Positions 1 to 15,151 of a stretch of DNA of 64,000 bases are shown here, piece after piece. The first letter of the stretch is position 1. Each line of letters starts with the position of its first letter. The notes beneath the pieces are model-generated. The model was not told the DNA's origin, did not search any database, and saw only the letters and a program-made list of their open reading frames with translations. The translations under genes and the position numbers were made by a program. This DNA comes from Macrostomum lignano (Eukaryota): positions 558,001 through 622,000 of the forward strand of contig NIVC01000414.1 in NCBI GenBank assembly GCA_002269645.1. Direction: 5' to 3'.

Positions 1-3000
1 GCTAAGAATCATATAGTAGATCACACATTTAATATTGCTAGGCCTACTCATACATTTTAACACTAAAGTCTGATACATGTAGACTTGTAATTCTAATTAA
101 TATATTATGACAGTTACCTTTTTGACTGTTACTTTTCTGATCTGCAGTTGCCTTTTTTAACAATTATATTTTTTCTTTCTTTTTTATATCTTCTTTTCCT
201 TTTTCTTTTTTTCCTTTTTTGCTTTTCTCCCATTCCCTATCTCTTCTCATCCTTATTGTAGCCAAGGTCTAAATCATACTAGATTGCCCTTTCTTCTATC
301 AGACTGCACCTGCCACTGCAAGGGCCAATCCATGCCAGATAATATTGCTATCTATGATAATGGCCATTGGCTATGATAGGAATTTTTCCCTTTTCTTTCT
401 ATGATCCCCTTTTCTTTTTTTACTTTCCTTTTTCCTTCTTTTTTATTTCTTCTTCTTATTCTATCCCTTCATCTCTCATCTCTCCTATTTCCTCTTATTT
501 TTCCCCTCTTTCCCTCTTTTCTCTTCCCTTTCACATCTATCTCTACTCTTATATTATCCCTTTCTTTTATATATAATCTTGTAATGTTTAAACAACTAAA
601 GAAATAAATTTTCCAAATCTTAACAAGATCTGTGAGAGTGATGGCTTGCTTATCAGTTGGTTCCCAAGAAGATTGAAACAACAAAAGATTTCTATTTTTT
701 ATAATTTAGCATTCTTTTATAGTGGCAAACACTAGGTAGTTTATTTGTTTGTTTTATTTATTTCAACTTTAGCCCTCATTATCCCAACTAGGTCTATAAG
801 AATTACCTGCAGACAAATTGCCCACTAAGCTTTTCTAGTTGAGATTTGCCTATAAATGAATTGTTTGCCAAGTTTTTCTCACTAGGGTTTGCCTGCAATG
901 CTTGCCATAGTGCATTTTTCCAGGAAGCAGATTTTGTTTATGTTGCCTCCTAATGCCTAAATAGGGCTAAATCTTTATAAGTAGATTTTTGGGACAAAGT
1001 AACATGACATATACTTTAATTAATAGCTTGCCAATATACTTTTGGATATATATAGAAATGAAAACTTACAAAAATGCATTGGATATGCTATTGTTATTAA
1101 TATGTTGTGATTGGACAAATCCCTTTTTTGAAGACTAGGCCCTAATTAAGCATAGGAGGGGCAATGCAGACAATATTTGTTATTTGGCTAAATCTTTTAC
1201 AAGAAAAAAGCATTGCAGGAAAACTTGGCAGGCATTTTGCTTCTAAACAAAATTCATCATAAGTAAATCTTGACAGAAAAAGCTAAATAAGAAATTTTTT
1301 AAGGCAATTCTCATGATCTCATCTTAACTACAATGGTTATATAGCATTAGAATCTCTTTTGTTAAAGCCCCAATCCTATGGACTTAAGAGCTCCCTTTGC
1401 ATTGAAAGTGAAAATATTAATCTTACTATAATTGAAGCCCCTATTATCCTAACAACAACATGTGACATCAAAAATCTTATTGCTTGAGTCCCTAACTAAC
1501 TAATCCTAGGCTGAGTCTGGGTTCCTCTTGCCCTTTGTGCCCTTCCCTAACCCATTGGCTTGGCCCTTATATCCAAAATTGTTTAGAGCTCTATAGTGAA
1601 AAAGCCTTGAGGCTTGCAGCCTTATAGGAAGGTTTCTATAGCATCTTTACCTCTTGATAAGCCCTATAGGAAAAAAGTTGTAAAACTGCAGATGGTGTCC
1701 AGTGCACTTTTGAAAATTTTCTAAAGTATAGCGCAAGCATAGGCATATAGCACCTACATGTGTACTGCATTGCCCATGTGCACTGGCATATACACTTGTA
1801 ATTTATAATGCTTAGACATATTCCAAAATTTGAATTTCAATTTTCCTAAATTAGGAATTTTTAAGAGCAAATTTTGATTTAAAAAATTAAAAGGTCAAAA
1901 TTTTGGAATTGTCTAAAAAGTGGCCAAAAATAAACTAATTTCTGCTACATATACATGTATTTCATTTTGCATTAGCAGTAAATCAAAAGTAAAAAAGTCA
2001 ATGTTAGTCATACTAAACTTTGTTTTTCTGAAATTGATTTTGGAAAATTTCAATTTCAATTTTGGAAAGTTAGCCAATTTTGATTTCAACAAAATGCTCT
2101 TTTGGAACATTTCTAATAATCATAAAGTGCTGTAAAATAATTTGACTCTTTTTCTAAAGCATGTATATATCTATGTGTTTTCGACATTTATTCCAATAGG
2201 GTTGATAAGATACTTGCCCTTGGTAAATAGGCTGCCTAGACTCACTTCAAAATTAAGCCTTTTCTATAGACTTTGGGGTTTCCTCACTCTTAGACCACTT
2301 TTAGTATTATTCCAAAGCTTTTCTAATCTTTTTTGTGCACTTTCAGGATTTGTCTGCTGGGGGTGGCTTGAGTGGACTTGGTCTTAGCACTGTCCCTGAT
2401 TCCACTTTGTGTTGGCAGTGCCTTAGTCTATAGGTTTGAGCTAGTAGCCCCAGTTAGGTATATCTAGGCCTTTAGGCCCTGGTCCCAATCATGGCCTCTT
2501 GGGCTATATGCCCCTAGCAGTATGGCCACACAGATCTAGCAGCAGAGCCCTTCCCTAGGCTGATCTGTGGGAGCCCCTAGGCTACCCACCTTGTTTAACA
2601 ACAACAACAACTTATGTGACTTTAAAGCTCCCCTCACAAAAGCTTTAAAACTAGCAACATTTATTTATTTCTAAAAGAATCTATTGCTCTACCTCCACTT
2701 ATCAAATCAATAGCTCTAGTAGGCTTTTAAGTTTTAGGTTTCCCAAGTTATTGAGTGGTCTAGATCCCTATTGGAATAAGTGTAGAAAACCTATAGATAT
2801 ATGACATGGGGTCTAAAATTGTAGCTCAAAAATACAACACAAAGCAAAACATGTTAACCTTTGCACCAAATATAGGTGTAGTACTAATTAGATGATGATG
2901 CATTTAGCCTTTATAAGACAGTCATAGTTACTCTTGCCGTTTACCCAAAACCATCTGCTTCAACTCTAGCTGCAACATGTCACTAGAAAATTCCAAAAAT

Positions 3001-3076
3001 TTTTAAGATCCAAGATTTTCCAAGATGGTTGAACATCTTTTTCCACTTATTCCAATAAAGGTCTAGATCATGCTTG

Positions 3077-3234
3077 GGCACAATCTAGGGATTCACCTGG
3101 CCATTTCTATTGGCAACACACACATGTAAGTCACTATTGGATAGAATAGTAGTCACATGACTGTTCTCAGCCAATAGCGACTTACATGTATGTGATACCA
3201 ATAGAAACAGCCAAGTGATTCCCAAGGTTGCGCA
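3077..3234. repeat. Decayed foldback/MITE palindrome
   Basis: GGCCATTTCTATTGG..CATGTAAGTCACTATTGG / CCAATAGCGACTTACATG..CCAATAGAAACAGCC; many arm mismatches are transitions. Confidence 0.7.
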
Positions 3235-4148
3235 TGTCTGGTCTATATCTCTTTTATAGAGTATAGCTCTATATTTTAGATTAAAAAATCTTCAAATTTC
3301 AAAAAAATTATTTGATATTTTCATTCAAACAAAAATCATTCAATTTGGCTTTAGGATTTTCTTTCAAATTTAATATTATTATTGTTCCCACTAATTGCTA
3401 ATTCTAATAGGTGTGAAGGTATTTAAAATCCAATGTATCTAAATGAAAGTTAGGATGCTATAGCACCTATATACTACAAAAACCTAGCTCCAATAAGTTA
3501 GCAGTGAAGGATAGCCTTAACATAATCCCTAGAGTGAAAACCAATACAATGTTTTATTAGTAAATTTTTCAAGAAATCACAAAAGCTATTATGTAGTACA
3601 TAGCTATTATTTATTTATTATATCTTAGCCTATACATTGTTATGTTGGAGACCTAACTATGTTATGAATCAATAATCATGGATGGTAATGCTCAGTCTTA
3701 CTATTGATTGACACAAACTGATAGTAACAAATGAAGTTATTGTAGCTATTAAACCTATGTTTTATTTAATAAAGAGCATATATTTCACATATAAAAGAAC
3801 ACCATTTATTATGAACACCACTGTGTGTGTTCTCTTATGCAACCCCTTCAAAATGCTTACATTGTCAGATAATGTCATTCCAAGACTTAATTCTGGCTGG
3901 TTTTTGCTCATGCATAATCTAAATTAATTTGGTATTACATTTAGTTGAATACTTAATTTACATAAAGACATACTATTTAAAGTGAAAGCAGACTTTTAAG
4001 GCAGCCTGCACTCACCATTTACAAAGCACTTTAAAATCAAATAAAATCAAGTATCCATATAAGTATTATTAGCTAAGTATAGTTAACTAAAATGTTTAAG
4101 GCCATAGTTCCCATAATAGTCCCTTAAAAAAGATTCAAACTTGATTGC

Positions 4149-7100
4149 ATGCAGCTCATTGTAAGCGACTCGGGACCCGCCGGGGGCAGCCAAACCAGCT
4201 GCTACGATTTACAAAGCGGCACCCAACTGAATCAGTGCCGTCAGACTGAGCCACCGGTGCCTGGCAGTTTGTGCTGTGCAGCAGACTATGGCACCGTGTT
4301 CTCTGCTGCTGCTGGTAAACCACTGATCTCCTGCTGGCAGATGCAGCAACAGCAGCAGCAACAGCACAGGCGAATCGTTCTTCCCAGTCAGGCCACATCT
4401 TTGGCGTTCACTGATTGCGGCGAAATCTGTGCTGCTGCTCTGGGCGAGCGGATTCTGGTGAGGCTAGGAGGCTTGAGCAGTCTTAAATGTTGAATTAAAA
4501 GTATGACATAGTCACAGATGCTGCGGGTAAAAGGTTAGAGTAACCTCAACGTGTTAAGACACTCAGGTGCTTCGTCATCTAATTAGTGCTACGTTATAAT
4601 AATAATACGCTCGTAATTGATTACACCTGCCCCAATTGGGCAACCGACAGCTCAGCCAAAGCCATTCCACGGTGCACCTGTAGGCTGCGTATGGCTGTTT
4701 AGTCCAAGGACTGGGGGGGGGGGATTGGGGGACTCCACACACACCCTCAGTAACCCCAGCTAATGCTGGAACCCATTTTACAGCTGGGTAAACTGAATCA
4801 ATTAAGCATCTTGCTCGAGGACACAAATTGTTCTGAGTGGGTCGAGAATCGAACCACCAACCTTTTAGATGGGAGTCCAACGCTCTGATCACTAGGCTGC
4901 AACCTCGAATAAATACCTGTACAAAATTATGTCATTAAAATTATTTATATTCTGTCGTCCAGCATTCGTAAACGTCATATATAATTCCATTTTAGTAGTT
5001 AAAAATATCTTGAAAACCTCAACTTGACAGTCTGCGACCCACCGTTTTACCTTTTTTAAACTTGATAATAAACTCGCCAAATTTTTCCTAATATCTCCCA
5101 AAACCTGCCTAAAATTTCTTAAATCCTGCCTAAAATCTCCCAAATCCTACCTGAAATCTCCCAAATCCTACCTGAAATCTCCCAAATCCTACCTGAAATC
5201 TCCCAAATCCTACCTGAAATCTCCCAAATCCTACCTGAAATCTCCCAAATCCTACCTGAAATCTCCCAAATCCTACCTAAAATCTCCCAAATCCTACCTG
5301 AAATCTAAATCCTACCTAAAATCTCTCAAATCCTACTCAAAATCTCAAGACTAAAAGAAGACTCAAGAGCACATCTCACCCGCTCCCCCCTCCCTCAGGT
5401 GTGGCACGCCAGCACAGGTGACCTGCTGTCAGTGCTGTCTGGCTCACATCATCGCCGCATTCGCTGTTTGGCCTGGTCGCAGCCTCCCCACTATCTGGCC
5501 TCATCAGGTGATGACGGTTTAGTCTGTCTGTGGGACTCCGGCTTGGCGTTGAACAGCGCCCAGCTGCAGCTGGCGGCCGGGAGCGGCGGTGCCTCCGCTC
5601 TGCGACCGCTGCACAGCTGGGTGGCTGCCATGTGCCCGGCTGTCGGCGTGCGGCCGATCGGTGCGGCTCCGCATAACTGCATGCTGGCCGCCTGGGCTGC
5701 TAATGGCCAGGTGCGAGCTGTGGGCTTTGGGGCTCTGTTTAAGGTGTTGCTCCGGTGGGTTTTTGTTGATCATAGTTGATCAAATGTTAGATCCCTGACT
5801 AGAGCCATTGCTTGGCCAGCCTCCCAGATCCTCAGTTGCTTGGCCAGCCTCCCAGATCCTCAGTTGCTTGGCCAGCCTCCCAGATCCTCAGTTGCTTGGC
5901 CAGCCTCCCAGATCCTCAGTTGCTTGGCCAGCCTCCCAGATCCTCAGTTACTTGGCCAGCCTCCCAGATCCTCAGTTGCTTGGCCAGCCTCCCAGATCCT
6001 CAGTTGCTTGGCCAGCCTCCCAGATCCTCAGTTTCTGGGTCACTGCCTCCCAGATCCTCAGTTGCTAGGCCAGCCTCCCAGATCCTCAGTTGCTTGGCCA
6101 GCCTCCCAGATCCTCAGTTGCTTGGCCAGCCTCCCAGATCCTCAGTTGCTGGGTCACTGCCTCCCAGATCCTCAGTTGCTTGGCCAGCCTCCCAGATCCT
6201 CAGTTTCTGGGTCACTGCCTCCCAGATCCTCAGTTGCTGGGCCAGCCAGCCTCCCAGATCCTCAGTTGCTTGGCCAGCCTCCCAGATCCTCAGTTGCTGG
6301 GTCACTGCCTCCCAGATCCTCAGGTGCTGGGTCACTGCCTCCCAGATCCTCAGTTGCTGGGCCAGCCTCCTAGATCCTCAGTTGCTTGGCCAGCCTCCCA
6401 GATCCTCAGTTGCTGGGCCAGCCTCCCAGATCCTCAGTTGCTTGGCCAGCCTCCCAGATCCTCAGTTGCTTGGCCAGCCTCCCAGATCCTCAGTTTCTGG
6501 GTCACTGCCTCCCAGATCCTCAGTTGCTGGGCCAGCCTCCCAGATCCTCAGTTGCTGGGTCACTGCCTCCCAGATCCTCAGTTGCTGGGTCACTGCCTCC
6601 CAGATCCTCAGTTGCTGGGTCACTGCCTCCCAGATCCTCAGTTGCTGGGTCACTGCCTCCCAGATCCTCAGTTGCTTGGTCACTGCCTCCCAGATCCTCA
6701 GTTGCTGGGCCAGCCTCCCAGATCCTCAGTTGCTGGGCCACCAGCCTCCCATATCCTCAGTTGCTAGGTAGCCTCCCAGATCCATATATTAGACCTTAGG
6801 GTCATAAACCCGAGTCTCTTAGAGCAGACTCAAGAGGAACGTTTAATATCGGCATCCTGAGTCCCCAAGCCATTTGCCTGCCTCCTTCATCAGGTAAGCC
6901 TGTTCTGCTGCTCCACTGGCAGCCGCCTGCTGCAGCTGCTGCTGCCGCAGCCACCCCTCAGCGGCGACGCCACCCTGACCCACGCCTACTTCGGCTGCTC
7001 AGCTGGCCTGGCCATCCGGGTCTGCATGATGAGGCCTCTGCTGCAGCAGTCGCAGTTGCAGCCTCACCAGCAGAGCCTCCAAGGCGATGCCTGCAGCACC

Positions 7101-7711
7101 GAAAGCCGCCTGGCCACCCAGCGGCTCTGGCCAGCTGAAGATGGCGACGCTGTCGCCGTCGCGATCTCGCCTTTGTCCGATCGGTTAGCCGTAGGCTCGA
7201 GCCGGGGCCGCGTGCTGATCGTGACCTGCCCGGGCCTCGCCAGCTGCTCAGCCTCAAGCACTCCGCCTGCCCCATCGCCTGCATGCTCATTGCAACTCCC
7301 AACTTGACGGCAGCTGGTGCTCCAGCTCGGCGGCATCCTCTGATGCTGCACGGTCAGCTGAAGCGAAGCCTGCTTCAGCAGCAGCAGCAGCGATCGTCAG
7401 CTGCCAGGACAGCCCGACTGAGGCTTGGCCGCGGCGACTTCGGCGACTCTGAACTGCTGCTGAGGTTCCCGACGATGCCGCCCGTCGAAGATGCCGAAGC
7501 TGAGGCAGTGCGGGAGCAACATGAAGAGATTCAAGATGATGTAGCAGAGGAGGCTGAGATGCGCGAGTCTGTGGTTGATGAAGAAGAGCCTGAAGCTCAG
7601 GGCGATGCGGTCAAGTCCAAATCAGCTGCGGCAGCGGCGGCAGCAGCCGAAGCCAAACGGCTGGACGATTTGAAGCGTCGGGCTCTGCAGTTGATTTCGG
7701 GGAAAAATTAG
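4149..7711 (+). CDS. WDR18: WD-repeat protein 18 / Ipi3-like (Rix1 complex), 3 exons, apparent frameshift in exon 3
   Basis: Exons 4149-4457 (GT 4458), 5399-5710 (CAG 5396-98, GT 5711) and 6894-7711 (CAG 6891-93), all phase 0. Translation ([55 protein letters not shown]) resembles the WDR18 N-terminal repeats as I recall them. Exon 3 is 818 nt (3n+2) and switches frame near 7220-7243. Confidence 0.8.
4618..4903 (-). mobile_element. tRNA-derived SINE, family 1 (Deu/Nin-like core)
   Basis: Reverse complement has an A-box-like (CTAGTGATCAGAGCG) and a B-box-like (GGTTCGATTC) head, then TGTGTCCTCGAGCAAG..TTTACCCAGCTGTAAAATGGG core; same family as 22011. Confidence 0.7.
5090..5340. repeat. 21-bp minisatellite (CCAAATCCTACCTGAAATCTC)n in WDR18 intron 1
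   Basis: Direct reading. Confidence 0.9.
5806..6782. repeat. 28/30-bp two-variant minisatellite (..GCCTCCCAGATCCTCAGTTG..) in WDR18 intron 2
   Basis: Units CTTGGCCAGCCTCCCAGATCCTCAGTTG and CTGGGTCACTGCCTCCCAGATCCTCAGTTG. Confidence 0.95.
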
Positions 7712-7804
7712 TGGGGAAACTGAAACTCTATTATAGAGTTTGTGTGTGTTAAGTTGTTGCCATGGATATACGGGGGTATAAACTTTCACACGCTCAAAAT
7801 TATA

Positions 7805-7853
7805 CACAGACAGGCAGACAGACAGACAGACAGACAGACCAGACAGACAGACC

Positions 7854-7896
<43 letters not shown>

Positions 7897-8150
7897 TAGA
7901 CAGACAGACGACTGACTGACTGACTGACTGACTGATTGACTAACTGACTGACTGACTGACTGACTGACTGACTGACTGACTGACTGATTGATTGACTGAC
8001 TGACTGACTGACTGACTGACTGACTGACTGACTGACTGATAGACTGACTGACTGACTGACTGACTGACTGACAGGCAGACACTGGCTGACTGACAGACAG
8101 ACAGACAGGCAGACAGACCAACAGACATGCGGACAGACAGACAGCCGATT
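7805..8150. repeat. (GACA)n/(GACT)n compound microsatellite
   Basis: Direct reading. Confidence 0.95.
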
Positions 8151-8655
8151 AGATAAAACTGAATGAAAAGCATGGGCCTGTAAATCCCTACACTTATTAA
8201 AACCGAATTTCTGTTCCTTTATCTATGGCATCCCCAATAAACACAAAAGTCAAATTGTGCATTTTATCTTCAACACCCTTTTGGTCTTTAAGAAGTCTTC
8301 TTCCATTTGCTGTTGCTTGATTGCCAACAACATTGTACTTGACTGCCGCTTTTACAGTAGTAGCTTGTGTTGTTGAAAAAGAATGGAAAAAATAAATTGT
8401 AGTCAAATTTCTATTAAGTGTTTTATCCTTATTTCATTTTTGTTGTAGGCGTAATCCTTAAAATGTACTTTTACCGGATTTAGTAAATGCATCGAGCTCT
8501 CGCGCCACTATGTAGATTGCCATGCGGATCACAGCCATGAGGCCCAACCTCCAAGGCACATAGAGGGTACATGCAGGATCAAGATGTACTTTAGTAGTCC
8601 TTGGTGTCAGTTGGACCTCATATAAACAAAGTACATGCTCTCCATTCCTGCCGTG

Positions 8656-8980
8656 ATGGGCCGGCGCAGAAAGGCGCGCAAGCCGCCGCCCAAAGCAAAA
8701 ATGATTGTGCCGCTGGATGTGCAGTTCAACTGCCCGTTCTGCAATCACGAGAAATCTTGCGAAGTGAAACTGTGAGTTTTATCATTTTATTAATAGTGAT
8801 TGAGCTGGCAAGATGGTTTTACCCCCACCCCCAAAACTCCTCAGCAACAAGCAGGCCAGAGTGGGCAGCGTGTCCTGTCGAGTCTGTCTAGAAGACTTCC
8901 AGACTAGCATCAACTACCTGACTGAGCCTATCGATGTCTACAGCGAATGGATTGACGCCTGCGAGGAAGCCAACGTCTGA
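8656..8980 (+). CDS. ELOF1: Transcription elongation factor 1 homolog (Elf1 zinc ribbon), 2 exons, 83 aa
   Basis: Exons 8656-8771 and 8845-8980, with a 73-nt GT..AG intron. Translation: [83 protein letters not shown]. It has CPFC...CRVC and the [10 protein letters not shown] signature. Not listed in the ORF track. Confidence 0.97.
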
Positions 8981-10072
8981 TGCGTAATGCTTGTTTGACA
9001 GCTCGGATAGTCTTGCAGAAAGTACAAATACTTGATAGACTGGATTACGCCATAAAAGTACATGTACTTTATAGACATGTAAAAGTACACATTGATTACT
9101 CCGATAGTGTCGCGTCGTTCTAAAGTACACAGGGTTGTTTGTCAGCTCATGTATCGATTTTAAAAGTACATAATGAACTGTCACCTGACAGATCAGATAG
9201 TATAATAGTAAAAGTGCACATACTTTACAGGTTTGTTAGTAAAGTACACCGACTCAAAAGCTCAGTATTCTATTAAGATTAGTGCTAAACCAATATTCTT
9301 AAAAAAAGACCAAACTCTTATTCTTTAATCGAGTTTTTTGAGATACTACTAAAACTCGCACTTCAAGTAGTATCTTAAATTTGCGAATATTTACAAGTGC
9401 CTTATAAATTATTCTTCGCACAGCTTTATACTTTTTTGACACAACGAAATTTTCTATTTTATACCCCTTGTAAATTAAAATTTTTCTACTGATCATAGAG
9501 GCTTTTTTCTGTTCTTGTTTCACGAAGCAGCTTTCGTATTTATACATGCAATGCTACGACTTCTCATAGACACTAAGTAGTACGTATCGCTATTTTTTGT
9601 CGTTTTTATCAAGTGCCTACAATTTACGGCTTAATTTTTTGATGCCATAACTGATAACAAATTTACTAAGCTTGCTAATTTAAATGTACTCTTTTTAATG
9701 CGTGCAAACATGTTGACCAGTGCGCCTAGAAAGTTGATGACTCTTCATGATTGTATAAAACTATAGAAGTACACGATATTGTTTCACTTTTTTCCTTTTT
9801 TTCTTTGCTTCTCTTAGACTAGAGTAGACGATTCTTAGGATGCTATAGATAGGATGAGCGGAGCGCCCTTTGGAAAGTTAAGGCGTTAGATTGCGTGCCT
9901 GTGTATTGGCTTACGATTGTTCATGGGTCAGTTGGATGGGCAGAATTGCTGTCAGCGCTGGGACCATGTCGCCTGCAATATATAGTGTAATATTCAACAC
10001 AGAAATGAGACCCGTCAGTCTGCAAAGCAGCTCAATGCCTGCCCACCAAATTCATGTGGCGCCCTGCACAGC

Positions 10073-11962
<1,890 letters not shown>

Positions 11963-13044
11963 ATCATCATTAAAGTACATTATTTGTAGCCTGGCAGAAT
12001 TACTATCTCTGCATCATCTTACTATTAGTAGTTTTCACTAGTCAAAATACTCAAGCGAGCATTAAATTGATGGGGTTTATAGGATTAAATGTTGTTTGCG
12101 CTGATTTTCCTAAATAAGGTAACAATGTTACATTTTGTATGCTAATGTAGATGTAATCTGGATATTACACAATTGATGCTGAGATCTTGAATATTTTTTA
12201 TTCCCAAATACTGACCGACTTGAGTTTTATATTGTGTTTCCCGATTATGCTGTTTTGTCTATTCTTGTGTGTATTGAATATTCTATTATTGAATATTCTC
12301 TCCTCTTTTTATGCACAGTATGCGTCTTTCTCTGTGCATAAGCAAGTGATTTGTCTCACTGATTGTCAACAGGTTTCAATTTAGTAAACAATTGGACTTA
12401 CAGAATTCCTTACCTAAAAAAGTAGCTACGTGTGTTTCAGCTACTAACAGTAATATAAATTTTTATTAAGTTAAACGAATCCTCGGAAAGCAATTTCTAT
12501 CTACTTATCGTGATAATAGAGAAATGTTGAACAAATTATGACAATGTAATGAATGACTTAATATTCAATATTCCATTGTGTGAGTAGTTTGTGCTTTAAT
12601 TATCCAATTTCGAATATGTCTTCATATTTTCTTTGTGATTCTCCTTTAACAATTGTTTAGTTTGAATATACAGTGGGTCAGGCGATTCCAGGCTCGAGTC
12701 TAGGACCAGTCTAGGGCCTAACGGTTACTCAAATGCATGGTACTTCTCTCATAATTTGTACAGTTTTTATCAGAACTTTTATTTGGGACTGCCGAGTATT
12801 GCTAAAATATTTTTATTCCGATTCTTTACGAGCGGTTATTTTGTTAATTATAACTAACTTGCTGGCACTGCAGTGTCAACTTTACTGCTCTGTATGTATG
12901 TAATAAATTAATGTTTGAGTTTCTACTCAACTACTGTGTTCCTAGTTCTACTCATATGTTTTTATCTTTAATTAGGCATTATTTAGTTCTATTAAAGGTT
13001 TTAATAGCTTAATTACCACTAGTCCTAAAAGTACAGCTATCCAA

Positions 13045-15137
13045 CTCTTAAAAATTGCCCCTATTCTACCCTGAGAATCGCCCTTATCCTACCCTGAGAA
13101 TCGCCCTTATCCTACCCTGAGAATCGCCACTATCCTACCCTGAGAATCGCCCCTATCCTACCCTGAGAATCGCCCCTATCCTACCCTGCGAATCGCCCCT
13201 ATCCTACCCTGAGAATCGCCCTTATCCTACCCTGAGAATCGCCCCTATCCTACCCTGAGAATCGCCCCTATCCTACCCTGAGAATCGCCCCTATCCTACC
13301 CTGAGAATCGCCCCTATCCTACCCTGCGAATCGCCCCTATCCTACCCTGAGAATCGCCCTTATCCTACCCTGAGAATCGTCCCTATCCTACCCTGAGAAT
13401 CGCCCCTATCCTACCCTGAGAATCGCCCCTATCCTACCCTGAGAATCGCCACTATCCTACCCTGAGAATCGCACCTAGCGGCTCAAGAATCGCCCCCAGC
13501 AGCTCAAGAATCGCCCCTACCCGATCAAGGATCGGCCCTACCCGCTCAAGAATCGCCCCTACCCGCTCAAGAATCGTACCTACCAGCTCAAGAATCGCCC
13601 CTACCCGTCAAGAATCGCCCCTACCCGTCAAGAATCGACCCTACCCGATCAAGAATCGCCCCTACCCGATCAAGAATCACCTCTACCCGATCAAGAATCG
13701 CCCCTACCCGCTCAAGGATCGCCCCTATCCGATCAAGAATCGCCCCTACCCGCTCAAGAATCGCCCCTACCCGATCAAGAATCGCCCCTACCAGCTCAAG
13801 AATCGCCCCTACCCGCTCAAGAATCGCCCCTACCAGCTCAAGAATCGCCCTTACCAGCTCAAGAATCGCCCCTACCCGCTCAAGAATCGCCCCTACCCGA
13901 TCAAGAATCGCCCCTACCCGCTCAAGAATCGCCCTTACCAGCTTAAGAATCGCCCTTACCAGCTCAAGAGTCGCCCCTACCCGATCAAGAATCGCCCCTA
14001 CCCGATCAAGAATCGCCCCTACCCTATCAAGAATCGCCCCTACCCGTCAAGAATCGACGCTACCCGATCATGAATCGCCCCTACCCGATCAAGAATCACC
14101 TCTACCCGATCAAGAATTGCCCCTACCCACTCAAAAATCGCCCCTACCCGATCAAGAATCGCCCCTACCCGCTCAAGAATCGCCCCTACCCTATCAAGAA
14201 TCGCCCCTACCCTATCAAGAATCGCCCCTACCCGCTCAAGAATCGCCTCTACCCGATCAAGAATCGCCCCTACCCGATCAAGAATCACCTCTACCCGATC
14301 AAGAATCGCCCCTACCCACTCAAAAATCGCCCCTACCCGATCAAGAATCGCCCCTACCCTATCAAGAATCGCCCCTACCCGCTCAAGGATCGCCCCTATC
14401 CGATCAAGAATCGCCCCTACCCTATCAAGAATCGCCCCTACCCACTCAAGAATCGCCCCTACCCACTCAAGAATCGCCCTACCCGATCAAGAATCGCCCC
14501 TACCCTATCAAGAATCGCCCCTACCCGCTCAAGAATCGCCCCTACCCGATCAAGAATCGCCCCTACCAGCTCAAGAATCGCCCCTACCCGATCAAGAATC
14601 GCCCCTACCCGATCAAGAATTGCCCCTACCCTATCAAGAATCGCCCCTACCCGCTCAAGAATCGCCCCTACCCGATCAAGAATCGCCCCTACCCACTCAA
14701 GAATCGCCCCTACCCTATCAAGAATCGCCCCTACCCGATCAAGAATCGCCCCTACCCGATCAAGAATCACCTCTACCCGATCAAGAATCGCCCCTACCCA
14801 CTCAAAAATCGCCCCTACCCGATTAAGAATCGCCCCTACCCTATCAAGAATCGCCCCTACCAGCTCAAGAATCGCCCCTACCCGCTCAAGAATCGCCCCT
14901 ACCCACTCAAAAATCGCCCCTACCCGATCAAGAATCGCCCCTACCCGATCAAGAATTGCCCCTACCCTATCAAGAATCGCCCTTACCCACTCAAGAATCG
15001 CCCCTACCCGATCAAGAATCGCCCCTACCCTATCAAGAATCGCCCCTACCCGCTCAAGAATCGCCTCTACCCTATCAAGAATCGCCCCTACCCGCTCAAG
15101 AATCGCCTCTACCCTATCAAGAATCGCCCCTACCCGC
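13045..15137. repeat. Bipartite minisatellite: 23-bp unit (GAATCGCCCCTATCCTACCCTGA) then 21-bp unit (AAGAATCGCCCCTACCCGATC)
   Basis: Unit switch at ~13470-13500; the array ends about 15 bp before the CC2D1 ATG. Confidence 0.95.
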
Positions 15138-15151
15138 CTGCCGCCTGCAGC

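Noticed and set aside
367-684. Hydrophobic Phe/Ser-rich small ORFs
   Set aside because: CT-rich low-complexity sequence; the same artefact occurs at 15636-16213, 19562-20308 and 42439-43333.
5808-6799. Long overlapping ORFs (up to 319 aa) of [10 protein letters not shown] repeats
   Set aside because: Translations of an intronic 28/30-bp minisatellite between clear WDR18 splice sites; open in several frames.
14070-15151. NRPYPIK/QESPLP repeat ORFs in frame with the CC2D1 start
   Set aside because: A 21-bp tandem repeat is stop-free by construction, and a canonical CAG sits one base before the ATG; no support for an N-terminal extension.
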